Source: Octopus sinensis
Taxonomy: Eukaryota
Assembly (NCBI RefSeq): GCF_006345805.1
Contig: NW_021824192.1
Location: forward strand, 1-19,253
Direction of reading: 5' to 3'
DNA: 19,253 nucleotides
Part shown: one piece after another, positions 1-9,369 of the stretch
How the letters are laid out: the number at the start of each line of letters is the position of its first letter
How positions within the stretch are numbered: the first letter of the stretch is position 1
The notes under the pieces: model-generated
What the model was told of the DNA's origin: nothing
The model's input: the letters and a program-made list of their open reading frames with translations, nothing else
The model's database searches: none
Position numbers and translations under genes: made by a program

Positions 1-49
1 TCCATACATACAGATATACGTAATACATACCAAACTCCATCAATACATG

Positions 50-80
<31 letters not shown>

Positions 81-101
81 GATATATATATAATATTAGG
101 A

Positions 102-492
102 GGCAGGAGTGGCAGTGTGGTAAGTAGCTTGTTACCAACCACATGGTTTCGGGTTCAGTCCCACTGCGTGGCACCTGGGCAAGTGTCTTCTACTATAGCC
201 TCGGGCCGACCAAAGCCTTGTCAGTGAATTTGGTAGACGGAAACTGAAAGAAGCGCGTCGTGTATATATATATATATATAGTGTGTTTGTCTGTGTTTGT
301 CCCTCTAGCATTGCTTGACAACCGATGCTCGTGTGTTTACGTCCCCGTCACCAAGCGGTTCGGCAAAAGAGACCGATAGAATAAGTACTTGGCTTACAAA
401 AGAATAAGTCCCGGGGTCGAGTTGCTCGATTAAAGGCGGTGCCCCAGCATGGCCGCAGTCAAAAAACTGAAACAAGTAAAAGAGTAAAGAGA
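102..492 (+). mobile_element. Family A SINE, full length (tRNA-like head, CORE domain, internal TA/TG tract, 3' half, AGAGTAA tail)
   Basis: A-box-like TGGCAGTGTGG, B-box-like GGTTCAGTCCC (152-162) and CORE-like GCACCTGGGCAAGTGTCTT. Collinear with the copies at 1667-2049, 3523-3941 and 10895-11303. Confidence 0.9.
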
Positions 493-631
493 GGGTATAT
501 ATATATACATACACGCACACAGACGCGCACACACACGAACACAAACACACACCATATGGATATATAATATGAAATAGTACAGCATTCATACAATACATAT
601 AGATATAGAACATAAAATAATATTTTTTAAA

Positions 632-824
632 TTCTTTTTCTTGTTTCAAATCATATGACGGCGGCCATGCTGGAGCACCGCCTTTAGGCGAACAAATCGA
701 CTCCAGTTCTTATACTTTGTAAACCTAGTACTAATCATATCGGATTCTTTTGCCGAACCGCTAAATTATGTGGACGTAAACACACTAACATCGATTGTCA
801 ACCGATGGTAGGGGTCAAATACAT

Positions 825-830
<6 letters not shown>
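632..830 (-). mobile_element. Family A SINE, 3' half only
   Basis: Reverse complement of ~295-490 (GCGGCCATGCTGGAGCACCGCC...CTTTTGCCGAACCGCT). It runs into (CA)n(TA)n and no head follows. Confidence 0.85.
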
Positions 831-893
<63 letters not shown>

Positions 894-1320
894 ATAATAT
901 ATATATATACTTATATATACATATATATATGTATATATGTTTATATATATGGATTCATTCATATATATATATTGGAAGGTTTGGAGATAATGTACAGGTA
1001 TTTTACATTAGAAGAAATGAGGTACTCAGAAAATCGGATGGTTTATATTTACAGATATTTATTTGTATATTACATGTTTTTATACACCATATAACTTAGA
1101 TCATGTATTAGCGCTTTCTCCCATTCTAGTGGGATTTTCAAATCGAACTATATATATATACTTATATATACATATATATATGTATATACATATGTCTATA
1201 TATATGGATTCATTCATATATATACATGCATATTTACATACATGCACACAGACACACATATATACATACATATATGTATGTATCTATACTCACATACAAA
1301 CGCACACAGAAATGAAATAG
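828..1320. repeat. (CA)n/(TA)n compound and degenerate TA-rich low-complexity DNA
   Basis: Pure CA run at ~828-874, then TA/TACA-rich sequence interrupted by ~180 bp of more complex sequence. Confidence 0.85.
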
Positions 1321-1666
1321 CGATAAGAAAATATGAAAGTATGTAATAGCCAACATTATCTTTCCGCAGTTTCTATTGTTATTGGCAAAGTGCTCTTGAG
1401 AGCTTCTAAAATGAAGTTGTATTCTAAGTCATATATATATCAAGACCTAACGCTAGGTTATTAATCTCACTATGCCTAAACGAAACCATATATACATATA
1501 TATTATTCAAAACTGTAAGCATCCAACAAGAGTCGGGTTCCTATTAAGTAGCCTACGAACCTCGAAGTAACACAGAACCGATTCGCGGTATTTTAAATGA
1601 TATGTGTAATTCCAACTAAATGTATTGAGTGCCCTCTTCTTTCGTTTGTCCACTCACTATTATATA

Positions 1667-2049
1667 TTCTTTTATTTGTTTCAGTCATTTGATTGCGGCC
1701 ATGTTGGAGCACCGCTTTTTTGTCGAACAAATCGATCCAGGACTTAATTTTTGTAAGCCTAGTATTTATCCCATCGGTTTCTTTTGCCGAACCGCAAAGT
1801 TACAGGGACGTAAGCGCACCAACATCGGTTGTCAAGAGATGGTGGTGGGACAAGCACAGACATACAAGCATACACACACACATACACATATATATATATA
1901 TATTATACGACGGGCTTCTTTCAGTTTCCATCTACCAAATCCACTCATAAGGCTTTGGTCGGACCGGGGCTATGGTAGAAAGCACTTGCCCAGTGTGCCA
2001 CGGAGTGGGACTGAACGCAGAACCATGTGATTGGTAATACTTACCACAG
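1667..2049 (-). mobile_element. Family A SINE, full length
   Basis: Both halves and the internal CA/TA tract are present in reverse orientation, ending at CTTACCACA. Confidence 0.9.
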
Positions 2050-2074
2050 TGAAGTATTGCTCGATACCATCATC

Positions 2075-2150
2075 TGGTACTTTATTTCTGCGATCCGGTG
2101 GATGGAAGTCAAATTTGAGTTCGGCGGAACATGAACTGAAATCATAAAGA
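2075..2150 (-). mobile_element. Family B (Meta-domain) SINE, decayed fragment
   Basis: CTGGTACTTTATTT...GGATGGAAGTCAAA...TTCGGCGGAACATGAACT aligns to 12793-12868. Confidence 0.65.
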
Positions 2151-2737
2151 GTTGGAACAAATACCACCAGGCATTTTTGCACGTTTATATGTTCCCTGAA
2201 GAATTTTGAAGAACTGGGGATGACCATTCTCATAGTATTAAAAGTTCTTGGACACAATATCCCATTAGCTGCCAAATATTTTCATTCATAGATTTTTGGC
2301 ATTGCCAGGTGTCTTAGGAGTCAAAGTAATTGATAGTATTTAAATTTCCTTCATATGAGAATTTTTGTGGAAATTATAAATTTTTCGAAAAATCCCAAAT
2401 GAGGATCGCTGACAAAAAGCATATTTATTCTTTTCTATTCAATTGCAATAATAAACATTTTTAGTTTTTTTTTAAATTATATTATCAAATGCGAATGTGT
2501 ATGAAATATCAATGAATGATACAGATAGGAAATGCAAAAAAAAAAAAAAAAATTTTTTTTCAAAACAGTCAATATTATTCTAGTTTAAAAATTGCGATTT
2601 ATCACATAAAACATCCTCTAGAATTAACCAGAGCTAATAATGATAAACTACAAAATAATGTTAAACACATCTCTGCAAATGCAATGTACATAAGCAATTC
2701 CCTTTGAACGAACAAACAATCGGCTGTGAGACTGTTT

Positions 2738-2765
2738 TCTTTAACCACACAGCCATGCCGGCGCC
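2738..2765 (-). mobile_element. Probable family A head stub
   Basis: TTAACCACACAGCCATGCC is the reverse of the family's GGCATGGCTGTGTGGT-type start. It is very short. Confidence 0.4.
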
Positions 2766-2997
2766 TATTGAGAACTTGTGTGCAAAAATAACCACATTTC
2801 TGGATATTATACGCACATACGTACATACATCTTCGCATACCACATTTATTAAAAACATAACTGTTTTGGATTTTGTCGTTTATATCAATAAATTTTTGCT
2901 ATTTGTTTTTAGGTCCTTCATATTTTTTTTTTTCACAAAAACCTCTCTAAGTCCATTAACGCATCAAGATTATCTCGGTTTCATAATCTTAATGAAA

Positions 2998-3156
2998 TTA
3001 TAATAGTATTGGCGACAATTGATAAACATCTTCAACGCCAGATTTAAAATTATTCATCCGTTTATTCCTGGTAGATTTCATGGTTAATTTCACGTCTGCC
3101 GCATCATTGTGTTGATTTTTGCTTGGTATTTCTTTTTCTATTTCAAGAGCGTCCAT
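2998..3156 (-). other. Candidate 52-aa small ORF or exon remnant (MDALEIEKEIPSKNQ...LSPILL)
   Basis: Hand-translated. ACTATGG Kozak-like context, in-frame upstream stop, non-repetitive sequence. No recognisable homology. Confidence 0.15.
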
Positions 3157-3522
3157 AGTTAACCATTATTGCGGTATTTTATACACGATGTCAGAGCTGT
3201 TAACTACGGTTTTTATTTTCTATCTAAATATAATTTCATGAAATTGTATTATAATACATATATAGATATGTGCATACACATACATTTATGCACGCTAGCG
3301 TAAACACGTGCGCACGAACGAACAAAAGAAATGCATCTTCGATGCCAGACAGAGTCAGCGTCCATTGACAAGGTGCCAAAAGCGACGAGAATTTTAGAAA
3401 AGGAAAGTTATAAATCATGAATGAGTGGAAATTGAACCGGTGAGAGTGTTAGATATTAAGGCAGTATGATTCTCCCCGCACTCGGCATTTCAATGTCTTT
3501 TTGTTTTTAATGCACACAGTAG

Positions 3523-3941
3523 CTGCAGGAGTGGCTGTGTGGTAAGTAACTTGTTTACCAACCACATGGTTCCGGGTTCAGTCCCACTGCGTGGCACCTT
3601 GGGCAAGTGTCTTCTGCTATAGCCTCTGGCCGACCAAAGTCTTGTGAGTGGATTTGGTAGACGGAAACTGAAAGAAGCCCGTCATATATATGTATATATA
3701 TGTTTATATATGAGTGTGTGTATGTTTGTGTTTGTCCCCCTAGCATTGCTTGACAACCGATGCTGATGTGTTTATGTCCCCGTCATTTAGCGGTTCGGCA
3801 AAAGAGACCGATAGAGTAAGTACTGGGCTTACAAAGAATAAGTCCCGGGGTCGAATAGCTCGATTAAAGGCTGTGCTCCAGCATGGCCGCAGTCAAATGA
3901 TTGAACAAGTAAAAGAGTAAAGAGTAAAGAGTAAAAAGGAG
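3523..3941 (+). mobile_element. Family A SINE, full length
   Basis: GCAGGAGTGGCTGTGTGGTAAG head, GGTTCAGTCCC B box, GGCACCTTGGGCAAGTGTCTT CORE motif, internal tract and (AGAGTAA)n tail. Confidence 0.92.
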
Positions 3942-3957
3942 TATATATATATATATA

Positions 3958-3996
<39 letters not shown>

Positions 3997-3998
<2 letters not shown>

Positions 3999-4148
3999 CG
4001 GAACGGGTATTTCAGTTTCCGTCTACCACATCCACTCACAATGCTTTGGTCGGTCGGAGCTATAGTAGAAGACATTTGCCTAAGGTGCCACGCAGTAGGA
4101 CTGAAAGCGGAGCCATGTGGGTGAGAAGCAAGCTTCTTACCACACCTA
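3997..4148 (-). mobile_element. Family A SINE, 5' half only
   Basis: Reverse complement of 3523-3683. It ends in the (TA)n tract shared with the neighbouring copy. Confidence 0.85.
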
Positions 4149-4151
4149 CTA

Positions 4152-4365
4152 GTTTCATATTTTGACACAAGGCCAGCAATTTCGGGAGAGGAGTAGGTTG
4201 ATTACATCCACCCCACAATGTTAATCTAGTATTTCTTTTATTGACCCCGAAACAATGAAAGGTAAAATCAACTTCGGTGGAATTTGAACTTAGAATATAC
4301 AAAGACGGACGAAATGCCGCTCAGTATCTAGTCCGGTTTGCTAACGATGCTGTCAGCTCGCCGCC
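4152..4365 (-). mobile_element. Family B SINE (tail type B), diverged
   Basis: GACCCCGAAACAATGAAAGG...CTTCGGTGGAATTTGAACT...CAGCTCGCCGCC, with a tail resembling 8010-8060. Confidence 0.8.
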
Positions 4366-4411
4366 GTAAAACACCTATTGGGTGTATATGCATATTTCAG
4401 GTGATACGGCT

Positions 4412-4640
4412 CGGCGAGCTGGCAGAAATGTTAGCACGCCGGGCGAACTGCTTTGCGGCATTTCGTCTGCCGTTACGTTGTGAGTTCAAATTCCGCCGAG
4501 ATCAACTTTGCCTTTCATCTTTTCGGGGTCGATAAGATAAGTACCAGTTACGCACTGGGGTCGATATAAACGACTTAATCCGTTTGCCTGTCCTTGTTTG
4601 ATCACTCTGTGTTTAGCCCCTCGTGGGTAGTAAATAAATA
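4412..4640 (+). mobile_element. Family B SINE (tail type A), full length
   Basis: GGCGAGCTGGCAGAA head and GAGTTCAAATTCC B box. The central GCCTTTCATCTTTTCGGGGTCGATAAGATAAGTACC resembles the Meta/MESC SINE domain as I recall it. Confidence 0.88.
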
Positions 4641-4739
4641 CGGCTCTTTCTTCAACATCATATCTGATACTATTTATACAAATATTACGGTTATATAGTA
4701 GTCACAAAGTAGTCACATAGTACCTACTATGATTACTCC

Positions 4740-4997
4740 GGCAGGGGATGGTGGTGATCCCTGCTGCACTCTTTCACCACAACTTTCTCTCACTCTTACT
4801 TCCTGTTTCTGTTGTACCTATATTTCAAAAGGCCGGCCTTGTCACTCTCTGTGTCACGCTGAATATTCCCGAGAACTACGTTAAGGGTGCACGTGTCTGT
4901 GGAGTGCTCAGCCACTTACACGTTAATTTCACGAGCAGGCTGTTCCGTTGATTCGGATCAACCGGAACCCTCGTCGTCGTAACCGACGGAGTGCTTC
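4740..4997 (+). mobile_element. Family C interspersed repeat (SINE-like 3' portion, head missing)
   Basis: GC-richer segment ending GAACCCTCGTCGTCGTAACCGACGGAGTGC, which I recall as a common octopus repeat. It shares a 35-bp module with 16733-16767. Single copy in this window. Confidence 0.6.
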
Positions 4998-5689
4998 TAT
5001 CCACTATGATTACATAATAGTTACGCCGACTCCAATATAACACCACAGACATACACGTTTACATACACAGACATGAAACATACTGGCATATACACACATT
5101 TACACGTGCATACATATACAGACGATCACATCGTAAAGTCTGACAAGTTATGACAAATACACGTTATGAACATCTACACATAAAGATAAGCTTTTTCGCG
5201 TGTAAGCAGTAAAACATCCTTTTAAATTGCGTTTGCTTGTAGATAAATGATCTTTTCCAAAGCTTTAATATACAGAATTAATTATAAATAACATCTGCAC
5301 AAAGCGAACAGTTTACACCGACACCTACTCACATTAGGTCATTCATAAACACCCGAACGCACACACATACACACACAAACACACACACTCGCAAGTGTAA
5401 GCAGAATCAGATATGCAAAGATTACTCTCTACACACGCTACGTGGGCAAATTTGGAAGCCATGATACATTCACTTATAAATACATAAATGTAAACACAGT
5501 GAAGTAAGGAAAATTAATGTATGAATGCATGTACATATGCAAGTATGTGTATCTATCTATATACATATGTATTTATACATTTATATAAGCGTGCGTGTGT
5601 ATGTGCATTATATATATGACATGGCATATATTTATATATATATATACGTATATATATATAATGCATATTTTTATATATTTCTACCTATC

Positions 5690-5955
5690 TGTCTCTCTCT
5701 CTCTCTCTCTCTCTCTGTATATATATATATATATATATGAGTAGTATACATTTATGCATGTATTCATATATATGCATGCACACACACACACATACACACA
5801 CAACCATACACACAACCATACACACACATATAACTTTGTCGAAGAGATTATATACTTAGTCTAGAGTATCCGCAGAACATAAACAGGTGTTTACATTCTC
5901 GCATGTTCTGCGTGTACAATAAATTTCTCCTACACACACACACAACACACACACA

Positions 5956-6005
<50 letters not shown>

Positions 6006-6050
6006 CTCTCTCACACACACACACACATGCACACATGCACACATGCAAGC
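5690..6050. repeat. (CT)n(TA)n and (CA)n(CT)n(CTAT)n compound microsatellites
   Basis: Directly visible at ~5690-5740 and ~5930-6050. Confidence 0.85.
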
Positions 6051-6264
6051 ACATATATGAGGTGTGAAGTGTGACTGTAGCTAAAGTTCAGGTACAGAAA
6101 AGATGTGTAGATTAACCTTGGATTATCATAAATCTAGTGAAATGTTGCACAAAGATGTTATTAGATACATTTAACAACCCGTTCGGTATTCTAAAAAGAT
6201 GCTTTAAAAACTTTAATAGAAATTCTATTAAAATCTGTTACACTTGTTGCTCAAATTTACTTTC

Positions 6265-6415
6265 TTTATTTTCCTTCCTTGTTTCTTTCTGTGTTCCCTT
6301 CTGTGGAAGAGCGTAAGCTCGAAACGTTAAAGACTTTTTCACTTCCGAAATGTTATACTAATACATCTGTTTGTTGTCTACACCACCTTCTCCGTCTTTT
6401 TTTTTTGTGAATTCA
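6265..6415 (+). mobile_element. Possible Penelope-like element terminal remnant with hammerhead-like motif
   Basis: CTTCTGTGGAAGAGCGTAAGCTCGAAACGTTAAAG at 6298-6332 resembles the minimal hammerhead variants found at Penelope ends. Followed by a microsatellite. Confidence 0.4.
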
Positions 6416-6417
6416 CA

Positions 6418-6513
<96 letters not shown>

Positions 6514-6701
6514 GTGTGTGTACGTATATATATATGTATATATATATACAAACATTTGCACATACTTATCAACCTATTTATCTATATATACACCTGTCTT
6601 CCTCTTTTGTGTTTCTATAAAATGCAACTATATAGATATGCGTGTGTGCGTATGTGTGTGTATATATATATATATGTGTGTGTACAGATAGATAGATAGG
6701 C

Positions 6702-6760
<59 letters not shown>

Positions 6761-6788
6761 GGATGGATAGATAGATAGATAGATAGAT

Positions 6789-6828
<40 letters not shown>

Positions 6829-6965
6829 CTGTGTATACGGAGAAATATGAAATACAGAGACTGAGACAGTAAAAGAGAAGAAGAGAAAAAGACAGACAGG
6901 GAGAGAGTGAGAGGTAGAGAGGGAGAGAGTTAAAAGGAGAGAGTGAGGGGGAGGGAGAGATAATA
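6415..6965. repeat. (CT)n(AT)n(GT)n, (GATA)n and GA-rich compound microsatellite block
   Basis: Directly visible. The GATA array spans ~6685-6828. Confidence 0.95.
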
Positions 6966-7450
6966 ACAAAAGCTACATAGAAATCAATACGGAGATAGAT
7001 AGACAGCTGCTATGCCATTAGTCGTATCATTTAGATATGTCATCTCCCATTAATGTCAAAGAGAAATAATAGAGACAGACAATTACGTATGAACTATGAC
7101 ACTGGTCAAAATTCAAATGCTTTAGAGAGTCATAGGCAGCGATTTCTTATTTAGCAAATGAAATTTCGTTGATTTGGCTCTAATTTCTTCCAGAAAGTCA
7201 AGGCATCAGCCACGAAAAAGGAAAATGAGTTGACTCTAAACCGTGTGTCACCCATCGAATCAGGCTTGGGTTTTTCGTTAATTAGGTTTACGTTATTGTA
7301 CGAGATACGTTGTTACATTACGGGGAATATTAATGAGTTAATAACGTAGTATTATTAATCTGTAAGTATCGTCTCTGTATAGAAGTCTTTAAGTATATAT
7401 TATCATTGTTAGAGGCAATTAGTATTATTATCAATATTATCAGTTTTGAA

Positions 7451-7680
7451 GGCGGCGAGCTCGTAGAAACGTTAGCACGCCGGGCGAAATGCTTAGCGTT
7501 ATTTCGTCTGCCGCTACGTTCTGAGTTCAAATTCCGCCGAGGTCGACTTTGCCTTTCATCCTTTCGGGGTCGATTAAATAAGTACCAGTTACGCATTGGA
7601 TCGATATAATCGAATTAATCCCTCTGTCTGTCCTTGTTTGTCCTTTCTGTGTTTAGCCCCTTGTGGGTAGTAAAGAAATA
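7451..7680 (+). mobile_element. Family B SINE, full length, tail A (unit 1 of tandem trimer)
   Basis: Collinear with 4412-4640. Confidence 0.9.
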
Positions 7681-7864
7681 GGTATTTCGTCTGCCGTTAC
7701 GTTCTGAGTTCAAATTCCGCCGATGTCGACTTAGCCTTTCATCCTTTCGGGGTCGATAAATTAAGTACTAGTTACGCATTGAAGTCAATGTAATCGACTT
7801 AATCCCTCTGTCTGTCCTTGTTTGTCCCCTCTATGTTTAGCCCCTTGTGGGCAATAAAGAAATA
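7681..7864 (+). mobile_element. Family B SINE, 5'-truncated, tail A (unit 2)
   Basis: Starts at GGTATTTCGTCTGCC directly after the unit 1 tail. Confidence 0.9.
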
Positions 7865-8065
7865 AGAAACGTTCGCTGCGGAACGAAATGCTTAGCGGTA
7901 TTTCGCCTGACATTACGTTCTGAGTTCAAATTCCGCCGAGGTCGACTTTGCCTCTCATCCTTTCGGGGTCGATAAATTAAGTATCTGTTGCGTGCTGTGG
8001 TCGATCTAATCCACTGGCCCCCTCCCCCAAAATTTCGGGCCTTGTGCCTAGAGTTGAAAAGAATA
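7865..8065 (+). mobile_element. Family B SINE, slightly 5'-truncated, tail B (unit 3)
   Basis: Same head and Meta domain, but the tail is GGCCCCCTCCCCCAAAATTTCGGGCCTTGTGCCTAG. Confidence 0.88.
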
Positions 8066-8069
8066 TTAT

Positions 8070-8271
8070 CATTTTTTTTCTTGTTCTTCTCCTTCTACTT
8101 CTTTTTCTCCTACTCCCCTTCTTCATCATCTTCTTCTCCCGCTCCCCTTCACCATCATCATCTTCTTTATCTTCTTCTGCTTCTTTTTCTTCCTATTATT
8201 TTTCTACTACTACTATACTACTACTACTACTACCACCACTACTACTACCACCACTACTACTACTACCGCCA

Positions 8272-8317
<46 letters not shown>

Positions 8318-8371
8318 GCTTCCTTCCCCTTCTTCTGCCCTTCCTTCTCCTCCTCTCCTTCTCCTTGTTGC

Positions 8372-8406
<35 letters not shown>

Positions 8407-8440
8407 TATATTATTATTATTATTATTATTATTATCAATG
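8070..8440. repeat. (CTT)n-(CTA/CCA)n-(TTA)n compound trinucleotide repeat
   Basis: Directly visible. It is the source of the poly-S/Y/T/L/I ORFs. Confidence 0.95.
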
Positions 8441-9017
8441 TTATTATTTTAATTGTTTTTTTTATTTTCAATGTTAACAAAATTTTTTTCTAAAATCCTC
8501 ATTTGGCTTCAATGCAGTTTCCAATGCGGAATCTATTTGACATTATTGGTAGACAATAAACAATGCTAGGAATTTCAAAGAGATAATGGAACCACCCAAA
8601 AATCCCCCACTAATTAAACGTTAACGTTTCTGTATATATTTTAGATATTTTCACGATTGTATACTTGGAAACCATCAACTCCTAACATTCCAGAAATCTC
8701 TAACAAACAAATCGCAACGCTCAAACATCTGTAATTAACTTAGCGAGTTTAACTGGATCATTTCCAACATGGCGAGGATTTTTTGTTTTTTTTTTGCTTC
8801 TTCTTATGTATTTAAATTAAACTCTGCTGGAAACGAGAGAATTGAGTAAAAGAAGGAAATGTTTATCGATGTCGCATATGCGTTTCGTATGTTTTTCGAA
8901 TACGTCGAGTTTCATTCGGAATCGCCATCTCAAAGTTGAAGGTTTTATTCAATTTATGATTCATCATTGGAGATGATATCAGCTCCTAGGCTTTTATAGT
9001 CGAACGTCGGAAAGTAA

Positions 9018-9018
<1 letters not shown>

Positions 9019-9052
<34 letters not shown>

Positions 9053-9325
9053 TTGATAATATCAATAATAAAAGTAATATTAATAATAATGATAATAATA
9101 GTAATATAATAATAATAATAATATAATAGTAATATTAATAATATAATAATAATAATAATAATAATGACAACAATAATAATAATAATGATAATAATGATAA
9201 TAATAATAATAATAATATGATAATGATAATGATAAAATGATAATTAATACTAATAATAATAAATAATAATAATTAATAATAATAATAATAATAAAATAAT
9301 TAATAATAATAATAATAATAATGAT
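9019..9325. repeat. Degenerate (AAT)n array
   Basis: Directly visible. Confidence 0.95.
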
Positions 9326-9369
9326 TTCTCCATTGACCACAAATGTTTATGTTAAGAAAAACATTATGG

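Noticed and set aside
102-180. tRNA genes at SINE heads (also 3523, 15207, 16606)
   Set aside because: A and B boxes are present, but there is no closing acceptor stem or oligo-T terminator, and each continues into a SINE body.
2602-2672. Signal-peptide-like MCLTLFCSLSLLALVNSRG after a minus-strand acceptor
   Set aside because: It stops within a few codons and has no good donor. T-rich DNA readily yields hydrophobic peptides.
5871-5912. 10-bp perfect stem CGCAGAACAT/ATGTTCTGCG
   Set aside because: Too short for a pre-miRNA and plausible by chance in 19 kb.
8765-8935. YY1-like AACATGGCG and CGCCATCT motifs as a promoter
   Set aside because: Short motifs with no CpG island or downstream exon support.
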